NCBI GenBank assembly: GCA_907165135.1
Contig: OU015568.1
Coordinates: 13,144,001-13,208,000, forward strand
Length of the DNA: 64,000 nucleotides
Origin: Oikopleura dioica
Taxonomy: Eukaryota > Animalia > Chordata
Reading direction: 5' to 3'
Shown: positions 22,781-36,169 of the stretch, piece by piece
Layout of the letters: every line of letters starts with the position of its first letter
How positions within the stretch are numbered: the first letter of the stretch is position 1
Translations under genes and position numbers: made by a program
Notes under the pieces: model-generated
Database searches by the model: none
Told to the model about the DNA's origin: nothing
Seen by the model: only the letters and a program-made list of their open reading frames with translations

Positions 22781-23169
22781 ATTTATAACCAAACTCTCAA
22801 CATGCGCCTCTGAAGATGCCCCTCCCAACCAACCCTCCATGATACCTTCTTACAGCTGGAAACAACAAGTCGGCAGCTTTCATTCCATTCATGCCGAGCC
22901 TTTTTAAACTTTTTTTTCTTGTCCTGTTCGTTTTGTTCACACACACTTGTAAATTTGTAACGCCGCTTCATGCTCTGAAAATACAGATCTACTAAAAGTT
23001 CAACTCATTTGATGTTCTTATGAAAGTAGATTAACGTTTTCTACAGATAATTCGATTTCAATAAGTTTCAATAAGCAATAAGTTTATAAAATTTGAGGAA
23101 ATTACTTTTGTATTCGGAATTTTTATTTTGAGAAATTTTCTCTCATTACGTGATCCTGGGTTAACCAGA

Positions 23170-23230
23170 AAATTGGCGGAAATAGGGAAAATAGAATCTT
23201 CTCGCGCCGCGATTGGCGGAAAGCGCGCGT
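23170..23230 (+). promoter_or_regulatory. Candidate E2F-type elements upstream of DNA2
   Basis: Two TTGGCGGAAA copies plus TTCTCGCGCC in a GC-rich patch before the first DNA2 exon; motif match only. Confidence 0.3.
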
Positions 23231-23310
23231 TTTCTCGAACCCAAGTGGCCACTTCAATTGTTCTGCTGAAGAAGCAAGAACCTTCAGAAAGAAATGGAAC
23301 CCTTTCAGTA

Positions 23311-26300
23311 ATGAAGAAGTCAGTTTTGAATTCGAAGAAGTCTCAGAGACCAATCTCTACGTTTTTTATGAAGAACGAAAATAAGGAAAATGTCGAGAAA
23401 GAAGAAACGTCTCAAATGGAAGGAAAGTTGTTCATAAATAGGATTTTATTGAATAGAAAGATCAAAAAATAGTAATTTTTATGAATTTCTGGAAAGTGAT
23501 TCCCGAATTGGCGCCGACGCCTTGCCGGAAACGAACCCGCTCCCCAGGATCCTCTTCGGCACCGTATCCAAAAGTGAGCCGCGATATTTTCCAACTAGGC
23601 TCGGTTTGTCAAAGTTCTTATTTCATTTCTTTCTGCGTCTGAACACGATCTGACTTCGCGTTTGCGGGGCGATTGGCGAACCAAGTAAAGGGATTACGCG
23701 CAACGACGAGCGTGAAAAAGAAAATTTAAGACAAACTGATGATCTTTTCAGAGGTGGGATTTGCATTCGGTTACCCTTACAGCACTTGAGTGATTCATCT
23801 TTTCAGAGTCAAAGAAGGTGAAAAATGAGGAAGATGATTTCGACACGAGCATGGGACTCTTCGACCAGAGCATGGCGGAAGAAAGCACGCAGGAATCTCA
23901 AGGAATGGGTCTGTTCTTAACCTATTTACCAGTGAAATGAAGCTAATAAGAACCCAAAAAAAGACGTAAAAATGACGCAGGACACGCAAGAAATGAAAGA
24001 AGAAAAGGAAGAATCCGACTTCGATGATGACGACTTTGATTTTGACGAATTAGCTCTTGCTTCTCAAACCCAATCTCAACGCGAAATCAAATCTGGCGAA
24101 CTTCGAGGACGGGCGACTGTTGTAGAACGCATTGGACAAGATTACGTGATTGTTGAAAACACAAAGGGAGAGTTTTTCAAATTGAAAGTTGATCCAGATT
24201 GGTATTTACAAGTGAACGACATCGTCCACGGCCCTCCAGAATTCGGCTCAGTCGTCGTTGCTCATTCTGACACTTTGATTTCGTCGACGAATGTGGCGAC
24301 CGCAGCAAAATGCCCTCGAGAAGCAGTTCTCGGTGATCGTTTCCGAGATGCTGAGTATGGAAGTCGCGGCAGCGTTCGAATGCTCATCGGCACCATCCTC
24401 CACGAAGTGTTCCAAGAGCTGCTAACAGAAACAATCAAAGGGCGAATAATTTCTGTAGATAAAATCGCGAACGAGTTCAAGAAAATCGCCTCCAATTTCA
24501 TCGAAGATATCATGTTAGCAGGAAGCGACATCGATGCGGTGACGAAGGAATCTGAGGGCTACTTTGCGATGATTTCCACGCTGCTAAAAGGCCTCTGTCA
24601 GACTGGCTTCGATACAAAGCTTCAATTCGCTAGCTCTACGAATCCAAACATGACGAATTTCGTCGACAGCAAAATCAAAATAGAACAAGTTCCAGATATC
24701 GAAGAAAACCTTTGGGAGCCTCGACTGGGAATCAAAGGCAAAATTGATATAACTGCGAGGATAAGCGCGATGGATCTTGGAAAAAGATCGAGCGAAAAAT
24801 TAACGACGCCTATTGAATTGAAGTCTGGTCGAGGAGATCAGCTCATTCAAGAGCATCGAATTCAGACACAGCTGTACGGCGCTGTTCACGCGATTCGGGG
24901 CAAGCAAAAGTTTCAAAGGACAACCGGGCTGGTTTGTTACATCAAGACAGGAAAGGTGTTTTCAGTTCCTGTGAAAAAGATTGAAATTGACACGATTATG
25001 GAACGAAGAAATGTCGTAGCTAGTTATGTGCGGCGGCCATTAAAAGAGGAAGATGAAGATATTCGACCGCTCCCTCCACTCATCCCTGATGGAAGGCGCT
25101 GTGAAAATTGTTTCAAGCGATCCCTTTGTTCATTTTGGGCGAAGGCAGAAGGATTGATTCACGAAGACGCTAAAACGCAGGAAGTATTTGATGAAGAACA
25201 GAAAAATGTTACCCCAGAACTGCTAGAATACGTTATAAAATGGACAAAGTTGGGTCTCCTTGAGCAGAAAAACATCAGCAGAAAATTACGAGGCAAGGAA
25301 ATTTGGAACAATAAAGATGATCCGAAGTCAATGATGACAGGATTGGAGAGTCACGGGCCACCGGTAAGAACCGGTAATCGCTGGAAGACGGTCTTCAGAC
25401 TTCCGTTTGGCAAAAATTGGCCATTTGATCTAGGGCAGTCGGTCTACTTCTCTCACGGTGAGCGTCTCGCTGTCGCCAGTGGTTGGGTAACTCGTTTAAA
25501 CCCGAGCAAGGGGATGAGTTCTCGGGGAATTGTTGAGTTGAGCTTGAACCAGTGTCTTCCGCAGAAGAAGGATTACCAGGCGAATCTCGGAAAAGGCGCT
25601 GGCGGCGGAAATTTCGACACAACTCTCTGGCTTGGCAATATCATGCTTTACGCATCTCCATACGGCGAACAATTACAAAAACTACTCCTGAACGCTCCTA
25701 CTTATAGAAAAAATGTAAAGCAGAGTTTTCCGGAGACTTATGAGTTTGCGCGAGATACTTTGAAGAAAGCGCTGACAGGAAGACTGAATGTCCACCAGAA
25801 GAGAGCAATCAAGTTGGCTCTTGAAGCAAAAAACTACTCGCTGATTCAGGGGTTTCCTGGTTCTGGAAAAACAAGCGTAATTGTAGAACTGATTCGGATT
25901 CTTTTGGCGTTTGGGCAACGAGTACTCATCACATCGCACACTCACTCGGCAGTCGACAATATTCTGACTAGAGTTCTACCAAAGATGACAAAGCAGCAAG
26001 TAAAGGAGACGATCAGAATTGGTGATGACAAGAAAATCGAGATTTCTGTACAGCATGTATCAGAACAAACCCGGCTCGCGAATTGCAAGACTAATGAGGA
26101 CTACAAAAATGTGTACGAAAAAGCAAGACTGGTTGCTGGAACATGCATGGGTGTCTCAAGACATGCTGTCTTCACTGGAGGGCCAGTTGATTATGCGATT
26201 GTAGATGAAGCTGGACAAGTTTCTGAGCCAATTGTTTTAGGAAAGGCTCGAAAAAGTAACTTAATTTGGTCACGTTGTGCCTTTTTAACGTTGAAATAAC

Positions 26301-27189
26301 TGTAACTTCCATTTCGAAGCCCGGTACAGGCGCTCTTGTGCACTGTCGAAAGTTCATTCTCGTTGGCGATCCTTGCCAGCTTCCACCCCTTATCCATTCC
26401 CGCAGCGCTAAACAGAATGGAGCTCAAATTTCACTTATGGAAAGACTAGCGAAAGCGTATCCCGACTCCTTGCGACAGCTCCAAACACAGTATCGATTCA
26501 ATGCTGATATCACTGCCCTAGCGAATCATCTAACCTACGAGGGGAAAATGGAATGTGGTGAGGGCAACAAGGACCAAACACTGCTCTCGGTGCATCAGAG
26601 CTGGAAGTCTTCTGAATCGCAAGTCTGGCTCAACGACGCGATTGATCCGGCGAAAACAATCACATTTATTGATACCTCAGAAAAGCTTGGCTTGGAAAAT
26701 AAGATCGAAGGAAGAGGTTACACGAACCCGACAGAGGTTCAGATCGTCAAATATTTGGTCAAGAGATTGAATGTCATGAAGATCAAGAAGGATTGCATTG
26801 GGATAATTGGTGAGCCATTTTTCGCACCTTTCTTTTGAACAAAATTTCTAGCGCCGTACCGAGCTCAAATCGAGCTACTTCGAGAAAAGCTCGAATCAGA
26901 AGAAGGCGTTGAAATTGACACCGTCGACAAATTTCAAGGACGTGAAAACAAAATAATCATCATTTCCTTCGTACGATCGATCCCTGACATGGACGTAGAC
27001 AAGCTGAACTCGGAGCTGTTAGAGTCAGTAAATCGAATCAACGTCGCTTGTACTCGGGCACAATACAAGTTGATCTTCGTCGGTTGCAAGAAAACCATCG
27101 AAAAGATCGACATCACAAAGAAGCTCGTCAGTTTTCTAGAAAAGAATAAAAATATCACGAGGCTTGCTCTAGATCAATTCCTGCACTAG
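23311..27189 (+). CDS. DNA2: DNA2 nuclease/helicase
   Basis: GTILHEVFQ, EENLW..RLGIKGKIDIT, PIELKSG, HRIQTQLY, Fe-S cysteines CENCFKRSLC, helicase motifs QGFPGSGKT, VDEAGQ, LVGDPCQLPP, TVDKFQGRE, RINVACTRA. The start at 23311 is tentative (main ORF from 23972). Confidence 0.93.
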
Positions 27190-27287
27190 AATATTTTACC
27201 ATTTCACTCACAGTTTTATCCACTGCCTTATTTAATGAAAATATTTTGATGAAATTCTATCAATGGACTGAATTAAGATTGAAAAAG

Positions 27288-29457
27288 ATGATAATCCGTG
27301 TGCAGAGTCCGGAAGGCATGCATCGAGTTAATCTAGGCGAATCAGCTAGTATAAGCGACTTATATAAGGAATGGCTTTTAAATAAGAAATTTATTGATAA
27401 AAAAGCTATTGTTTTAAAGCCGAGCTTAGAAAACGACCGAAGTGTCCAAGATAGATCGAGCATGGACGCTCTACAAAGACAGGGAGAAGAAAACTGCGAT
27501 CAAGAAAACATCCCGAACGAGCCTCGGCCTCAAGCATGGCGACATTGTGTATTTATTCTTCAACTCTGGTTTGAATGTGACAGAGCAAGAGTCAAAACCC
27601 GAACCGGCAAATGCTACTGCAGCTAGAAAGGATGTGCCGGAGGATCCAGTTGATGTTGTACTTTGGACGAAGAAGTGGGATCATGGCTCGAAGAAAGGCA
27701 TGAATAAAGTCGACCAACTGATTCCAGATCCATGGGATGCAAGCTATTTGAAAGAGAAGGAAATCAAATTTCTTTCCTTTCACAGGTAACGGAAATCTAA
27801 AATTAATTAGTCACAGCATTTGTAGTTATATGCGAAAAATAACTTCGGGAATCGACAAGGGCAAATTCGTCAATTTGGAAAAACTCAAAACCTCTCGAGA
27901 AATCAAAGAAGGCGAAAACACCCGTGCGTTGTCCGAAATGCCGACGGCAATCACGCTCAACCGCCAAATTTACCGTCACGTGGACAATGTCTGCTTCCAA
28001 AATCGAGAAGTGATGGACAGATTCCTTGAGCGCTGGAGGAGTACTGGGCAGCAGCAGGCTGGATGGCTCTTTGGAAAATATGACGTCCATGAAGATGTGC
28101 CTTTTGGAATCAAATGCAATGTTTTTACGATTTATCCCATTCCTACAACTCATGTAAGCATCTTATTTACTTTTATTCGTACTCTTTTCTTTAGGCCAAA
28201 AATGAAATTTCCCTGTGCGACGACGAAAACGAGAAAACTATCCTCGAAATAGCGAAAAGAATGGGCCTCGAACGAGTTGGTTGGATTGTGACTGATTTAG
28301 TGCCGGACAAGGACGGGAAAGTTAAAGATGTTCGCAATAAAGATACCCACTACGTCACTGCCGAAGGTCAGTTAGCGAAAGCTTGCGATAATTTATTTGA
28401 ATCAAAGAGTGCATCATCGCCGGAAGACTTCAGGATTCGCATCCAAATCCCTGCCGACTTGCTTCATGTGGATATTATGGCTCAAAGTTTGTCACAGTTA
28501 TTGTTACAGGAAAAGAAGACGGAACCATCGATTTCCGAGGCTATCAAGTTTCCAATCAGGTAATTTGACGTTGCCCCTTTCAAGAAAATTACCTCCAAGC
28601 AAGGGTCAGTCCCTATCAGTCGATGGAACAATCGTACCAACGATCGATGCCCCTGAATACGGTTACACTCGAGAAAGTACCGACGATCTCTACTGTCCCG
28701 ATATCTTATTCCGCGAAAAGGATGAGTATGGAAATGATGTCACGAAAATTGGCCGACCACTGCCTATTGAATATTTATTGACCGACGTAAGATCATGCGA
28801 AGGATAACCGTTTCTGACCATGTATTCAGATGGGGTGCAACTTTGCAGTAAAAATGGACTACCGAGTAACAGCTAAAAACGCGGCTTCCGCTTCGATGGA
28901 GAAAAGACAACGATACAAGACATTGCTCTTTATTTAAAACATTTTGGAAAAGAAAACGTCCACGAAGCTGTTCGAGAGTTTAGCTTGATCATCGCTTTTG
29001 CTTGTAATGATACTCTACCTCTAAAGGTAAAATTTTTAAAGGGGATTTATTTACCAGTATTTTTTAATAGATGAGATTGCCGATGCTTCTCGAGGCGATA
29101 CGAGAAGGGGATGATGGGAAGCTCTTCCAGTTTCTGAATACTTCTGAATGGCTCACTGCTGCGGAGATTTTCGCTTCTTCAACGGAGGATACAGGGCCAG
29201 GTAAAATATAAAACCGAATAATATCGGCATTTATGTGGTATACAAACTTCATGTGGACATTTTTTATCAAAAGTGACCATTTATTTTCACTCATTGTATT
29301 TAAAAGCAGAGGAGGGGCGCCAAATATCTAGGTTACTGGCCTATCATTTATTTATATCGCAGTACTTATCACAGGTGTTTTTACAGGTGACGACCTCGGC
29401 ATGGATTTGGACGAAGAAACAAGGCTGGCCATCGAACGATCCTTGCGTGAAACATAG
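27288..29457 (+). CDS. NPLOC4: NPL4, Ufd1-Npl4 adaptor of p97/Cdc48
   Basis: MIIRVQSPEG, AITLNRQIYRHVDN, RWRSTGQQQAGWLFGKY, GLERVGWIVTDL, KDEYGNDVTKIGRPLPIEYLL. Confidence 0.9.
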
Positions 29458-29657
29458 CCGTTCAAGAATATTCCCCTCGCCTTTGCTTCAAAACAACACT
29501 TTTACATGTTCTTTATTTTATAAAAAAAATCTCTACAAGGATATTTACTTTTGTGCTAATCACTTCATAAACGAATCTTTACGAATGTTGCGAAAAAAAT
29601 ACAGAAACAATATAACAAGCAATGTCTTATTATTATTAAATTAATTGCGTAAGTAGA

Positions 29658-31896
29658 ATGGCCAAAACAAATATCGCGGAAGCTAGGTCTAGGATCGGGG
29701 GTGATCGCTGGAGATCCGAAATGAGGCGCTCGAGAGGAATCACCAATGAGTGGAGCGCGGGTTGTTTGGATCTCCGATTGCGTGGAGATCCGCGCGATCT
29801 CCACCCCGAAATTGCGGTGATCGATCACCACTCTCGATCTCCACTTCTTGGAGATCCAAAAATTTTCGATCCCCGAAGTCGGATGAGTCACGTTATAACA
29901 ATCTTATGCCTGCCTACTGATATCAGAAGCGACTGACCGGATCAACTTAAAAATCTCAGTCAATACTAATTCTGCAGTGCAGATTTCAAATCTTTTGTCA
30001 AAACAAGTGCATGGATTGTAATTTTGGATAAAAAATGTACTATTTAATATCTCTGCTCGAGTATTTTTCTCAATAGGATGGTTTTCAAAATTTTTCAACA
30101 CTTGAAATCACATACTTCTAAAATTGGTTCGGTTTCTATTTCCAAAGACTCAGCTCGGCGGGTGAGCGATAATTTCTTGAAGATTAGCATTAGAAATTAC
30201 TATTTTCTGAGATACTGACCTGCAAAGTCCCTGCAAAATATGAATTTAATCGAGAAAAATCCATGCTCGAGAAAATTCAGAGCTTCGATCACCGAAAACT
30301 GGAGATCGAAAAAATCCCTGGGATTCATTTGGAGATCGAGCTTCGATCTCCGCGCTCTGGAGATCCAAACAACCCGCGCTCCACTCATCGGTGATTCATC
30401 TCGAGCGCCTCATTTCGGATCTCCAGCGATCACCCCCCATCCTAGACCTAGCGCGGAAGTGCTATCCTTGCCTCGTCGGTGCGACATCGTTGATGAGCCC
30501 TTCTCGCCCGTTGCGTGCCTTCTCTGTGAAGAGACTTTCGATCTCGGTTGCTCGCAGAATTTCCTACGACATCTTCTTATCGAACACAAGTTTGTCATCG
30601 GAGATGTTAACTTGATTTGGGATCTTGGCTCGTACATCAACTATTGGAAGAACAGATTTAAAGATTTTTCTACGAGTGAGGCGGCATTACTTCAGTTTTG
30701 TACAGGTACAGACCACGTAAGACCACTGATATTCATAAGCTAGTTATGAAAACAAACACGGGCGACAATGACGTCTTCGAATCCGAGTTTTACTACTTTC
30801 TCTGCGACACAGTCCCAGAAGATCGTCAGTTGCGAGAGCATTTGAATCACATGCGCTTGGACGTTATTCTTGAAAATCAAGAACGAGATCGATCTAGAGA
30901 CAATTTTAACAAAATGTGTCTCTTTTGCTCGGCAGAGTTCACCGGTGGTTATAGCCAAGTCAAGGAGTTTTTCAATCACATGAGTGAGAAGCATCACTTC
31001 AATGTTGGACACCCAGACAACATGGTCTTCATTGACGATTTCATCGAGTCGATAAGGGGACGACTAGATGGGCTCCAGTGCTTGAGCTGTACGAAATGCT
31101 TCAAAGATAGAACGACGCTCAAGGATCACATGAGAAAGAAGTCGCACAGAGCTTTGAACAAAGAAGACAGGTCCTTCGACAAATTTTATTTGGGTAACCT
31201 AGTGAGAAAATCATTATCTGATCAAAAATTTAGTAAACTACCTCGAACTCGGAAAGCGCTGGACGCAACTGAACCAAGAAGACGACTCAGACGACGAGGC
31301 CAGTTGGCAAGAAATCGGTACTGAACCGATTGATCAGCACTTTTGCTTCTTCTGTGAGGAAGTATTTTGCAGCTACAAAAAACTCATCAGTCACTTGGAT
31401 GAAAAGCATGACTTCGAGTATGAAAAAATCAAGAGCCAGCTGAGCTTGTCCTATTATGAACAGTTCAAGCTTATCAACTGGCTGAGGATGGAAAAATTCA
31501 AGAACGAGAGCGATGATTTGGATGTGATGGAAATAACGGAGAAAATATTGGCAAAAGAGTGGAATCAGCCCCAGGTAAAAGCGTTAAACGGATCTCTTAG
31601 AAATGCTTTAGTTTTATTTCCCAACATATCAAGACGACGCGGTGCTAACAACTATCGAGGACACTGATGTCCAGGACAACGATGAACTCTACGTATTTCC
31701 AGAGACTCTCGAACACCCCGAAGATATTCGCAACAATTCCATCTTAAAAAATCTCGTCGCTGATTTGGTAGGAAAAGATAACGCTCAACACAACAAGCAC
31801 CACCGAAAGCCGAAGCGCCAGAAGCCGAAGCAGCAGCCTGTCAAGAAAAATCAAACCGTTCAAATAACTGTCGCCATGGATAATAAGATCGAGTGA
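29658..31896 (+). CDS. ZNF277: Zinc finger protein 277
   Basis: CLLCEE...HLLIEHKFVIGDV, ILENQERDR, CLFC, HMSEKHHFNVGHPDNMVF, CLSCTKCFKDRTTLKDHMRKKSH; exon 1 interrupted by a MITE. Confidence 0.88.
29683..30451. mobile_element. hAT-like MITE, 769 bp, in ZNF277 coding exon 1
   Basis: 93-bp TIRs (29683-29775 / 30359-30451, 3 mismatches) starting CTAGGTCTAGGAT; 8-bp TSD CGCGGAAG; repeated GGAGATC/GATCTCC subterminal motifs. Confidence 0.93.
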
Positions 31897-31940
31897 TGTT
31901 TTACATTCAACGATGTTCGTTTTTAGACTCGAGTCGGTAA

Positions 31941-34900
31941 ATGAGCGATCCTGAGGGTCCAGTCGATCAAGTGATAAATAGCGATGAGGGGAATTCCAGT
32001 GACGATGATCTCATAATTGTCCCAAAAGAAGTGAATTGTGAATCTCCGGATGATGAGCAACTCATACAGTACATGCTGGCTGTAGAAGATATTGATAAAG
32101 CCCTTGAGAAGCAAGACTTCAAGAGCTTCATTGAAACGAAATTCGATGAAATTGAGAAGTTAAACAGCGCGAAACTAGAGTCAATTTGTTACGGGTTATA
32201 ATTTAATATTTTAATTTATGTTTGATGAAATTAAATAACTTTTTGCAGCAGAAATTTTGACTTGTCGATTTTTTGAGCTCAGTAGAAAGAGCGAGAAATT
32301 CTGAGTCGAACCCACTTTCCCATGAGGAAAATTTTCTAGAGAATGACGTCACAAATGACGTCATAAGGTACCAAAAACCGAAAACTTTGAGTCGGTTTTT
32401 GAAAGCCTTTCCGATGGATATTTCAAGTGTTCTATGGGTCAAATGGAAGCTCAGGAGAAACTGAAGGTTCATTTTAGATGATTTTCGGAAAATTTCAAAA
32501 AAATTTGGCTCTAGAATTTTTTGAAAAAATTTTTTTTGTAAAAATAAAAAATATCAAAAATGAACCTTTAATTTTTGATAAGCTTTCATTTGAGCTATTT
32601 CACGCCGAAAATAACCAACTGAAAGGCATCTAAAAAGTGACTCAAAGTTTGCCCAAAATGGCTATTTTTGCCATCTTCTCAGGTCCCCTGTGACGTCATC
32701 GTCTGGTATTTTTTGGTCAAATTTTGACCAATCGAGTCAGAATTTTCCGGGCTTTCTTTAGAGCCCAAAAAATGAATGGGTCAATTTTTTTGCTGCAAAA
32801 AGTTTTTTAATTTCATCTTTAATTAATTAAATTTTAATTTATTGTAGTTTTGATTCAAACTGTTGAATAAATTGTGATCCTTTGAAAGCAAAAACCAGAA
32901 AGATATAGAAAAGAAAAAAGAAGAGGTAGACAACGAAAATAAAGAAATCAAAAAAGTCCTTGCAGATTTCGAAAATATTGAGAAGTGTATCGAAAAAACG
33001 GAGACGGCTCTTGAACAATTCACGAAAAGGGTGGAAGAAAATGTGGAAAGAGAACTCACTATTCCGCCTGAAACTATTCAAGAGAAAATTAACTCTGAGA
33101 CGGTTTCTCCTCTGGAAGAAAAAGAGGTTACGCTGGATGGAAATCTTACGCTTGGCGACTCCATTTACGTTATTGTGGAAGAGACTTGGCTGAAAACGCA
33201 CAAAATGCCGCATCTCATTCGTCGATGTATGCCAACGAGCAAGTGTGGTGACATGTCCCTCAATCGAAATTATTGGGATCTGCAAAATAAACTCACTGTC
33301 CCTCAGTGGTTTACCGGTCGCCTTGAAAAAGTTCTAGTTGCGAATGGAAAAGGAAGAGCCATTGACAGAGCAGAGTACCATGTCTCTCTGACAGGTCTTG
33401 AAGGCATCCCTGATCACAAATTCGGAGTTGTCGTTGATTACAAGAGGATCGCGTTTCCTCTGAAACCAGGAAAGATATGTCTCGGGCAGCGGATTATCGC
33501 TCCTCTGGATCCAATATCCGAAGGGGAGGAACACTACCATCAGAGAAAGTTCAACACGAAACTTAAAGTTGAAAATCAGTTGCTGTATCCCGGCTTGGTA
33601 GTCGAAATACCGAAGAGTAATAAGATGCGTCATCCGAATAATGGTCGGGCTTGTGTCTTCTTTACTTGTGGAATTTGGCGATATGTTGCCCCGGAGAAAA
33701 TTCGCGCTGTTGCCGATACTTATGTGAGCAAGTTCCTAATGAACGGCGACTTTAACGAATTTCCTTATGAGCGAATCAGCAATGCTAGTATTAACAATAA
33801 CCAGTGGTTGCGAAAGCAGAAAGGACAGCACTTCAGGGTATTCTCTGATAGATATATGATCAATAATCTTCTTGCGCCAAAGCCTAAAAATAATGTAAGT
33901 ATAAAAATGATTCTATTTTCAACACAAAAATTCTTTAGTACAAGCCGAGTATCTCCTGCATGATAAACACGCCCCCTGGAGTATCAGTGATTGAGTGTCG
34001 ATTGCCTAGTATCTTTCAACATCAGGCACAAAATCATGAGAACATGGAGCAGCAGAAAACATGGATATTCCACCCAGCAGAAATCGTAAACTACGACTGC
34101 AACATGGTTCTTCTCGAGTGGAAGTTCAATACGAAAGTTGCTCCTTTTTCGACCGAGCCATATGCACACATCTATCGTGAGTGGATATTTAAGGGTTCTC
34201 TCCAGATAAAGAAGCTTTTTGACCGATTCTTTCCCCACACTCAGCAAGAAGTCCAGTCAATAAGTAAACGACTAATTGCCCCTGCAAATAGACTCGGAAA
34301 TATTGCGCAGAAGCAAGGTGCCAAAAAAGGAGGACCTGCAGATTGGACAACAGGTTTTTGTGATCTAACCGGCGACGATGACGCGATTGAAAATCTCGAC
34401 TTCAAGTACTTGCCTCTCCCAAAATCAATGGTCAAACCTGGTAAAACTGGCCCCAGCCACAACTGCTCTACTGAATGTGCTGGATGGGTCGATTTAGCAG
34501 ACCCTGCGGAGATTATTAAATCATATCCACCGCTGTTACGGCCGATGCTATTTGGGTTTGAACGTTTTCCGAGAGTCGGAACGAACTTCAAGCATGCGGA
34601 GTTTTCTCATGATATGCTCAACATGTACTACAAAACAGCGTGCAAGAAAGATATCAAAAATAGGGCAGAGCTTGACAAATACCTCGTGGCAACTTCTCTT
34701 ACGGAGTTTCTCGAGCATGATTGCTTTTCCTTCGATAGCAAGGTTCAGATCAACCGACGGGTAGACAAAGCAAAGCTGAAGGGCTTCATATGTGAGGATT
34801 TCTCCGAAGGGAAAGAAAACAGACCCATTCCAATGTACAACCAAGTGGACAAAGATAGACCACCTAGTATGGTTTATTCGATTCGGCCGATTCTCCATCG

Positions 34901-36062
34901 TAGCGCTAGAATCAATGTAGAGCGAGATTTTCTCGTCAATTGTCAATGTACGGATGGCTGCCGAGCAAATTGCCCATGCAAACGACTAACCTACGAAGGT
35001 GCTCAAAAGATAAATGCTCTATACAAAAGCTACGAATACGGTAGACTCGTTGACATCCTTGCCACAGGCATCTTTGAATGCAACGTGAATTGCGGATGCA
35101 ATAAATGCGCTCAGAGGCCTTGCCAAAACTCTATCGTCCAACGAGGTGTGCGCCAGGATCTTCAGCTCTACAAAACGTTCAAAAAAGGCTGGGGTGTGAG
35201 AACAATGAGTGACATTCCTTTTGGTGCGTTCATCTGCATCTACGCGGGCATTGTGCGCAGCGAAGATGAGGCCGAACGACATGGGAGAAAACTTGGTGAT
35301 GAATACTTCGCGAATCTTGACTTTATTGAGTCTGGTGAAAACCTCAAGAAAATGATGAAGGACAAGAATAATGACTCTGGGCAAGAAAGTGAAGCAGAAA
35401 GTGAGGAGGAGAGTAACAGCATGGCGGAACCTGATGATAAGAAGGAAGAGGCATTCGTTCCTCGCGCCGATGAGCTGATAGGATCCACCCTGTCTGAAAC
35501 TGGGAATTTACGACGCTCGTCGCGAAAACGAAAAAAGAGGAAATCGCCAAAGAAAGCCAAGGGAAAACCGAAGAAGAAAGCTCAAAAGACAGAGGAAGGA
35601 AATGAAACTGACTCAGGGGTGTTTTTAAATACTATCTTTTTTGGTTTTCAAAAGTATCTTGACAGTTTTCAAAAGCAATCAAAAGACGAAGAGTGGAGTC
35701 GCACACGTGAGTATTTCCAAACTGAGGAGGAGTTGAAGCCACAAGAAGATCGAGGAAAGCGCATCATGTACGTTATTGATGCCAAGCATCAGGGCAACTT
35801 TGGTCGCTACCTCAACCATTCATGTGCGCCGAATTTGGACACACAGAACGTTATTATCAACACTGCGGATTTGCGTGTACCAACTGTCTGTTTCTTTGCA
35901 AGACGAAATATAAAAGGTAGCTCAATTCTTCTAACATGAAAATAACTGTATAAAGCGGGCGAAGAGCTTTGCTGGGACTACGGATATGAAATCGATCCCG
36001 ACCCAGAAAAGGGCCTCAAATGCTTTTGCGGAACCTCGGCCTGTCGTGGCCGTCTTAGATAA
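31941..36062 (+). CDS. SETDB1: SETDB1/eggless-like H3K9 methyltransferase
   Basis: Tudor-like region, MBD-like YYKTACKK, pre-SET EDFSEGKENRPIP...CQCTDGC...IFECNVNCGC, split SET GWGVR...YAG ...IDAKHQGNFGRYLNHSCAPN, post-SET CFCGTSACRGRL. Confidence 0.9.
32224..32817. mobile_element. Degenerate MITE in a SETDB1 intron
   Basis: Imperfect ~66-bp inverted termini (GATGAAATTAAATAACTTTTTGCAGCA... / ...TGCTGCAAAAAGTTTTTTAATTTCATC); no clear TSD. Confidence 0.6.
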
Positions 36063-36169
36063 AAATATACATGTATTTCATCTGCTCATATCACAGCTGC
36101 CAGTCCAATTGACACATTTCTTTATCTCAACCCTTTTAACAGTTAAATTTAAAAAGTACGGGAACTAGA

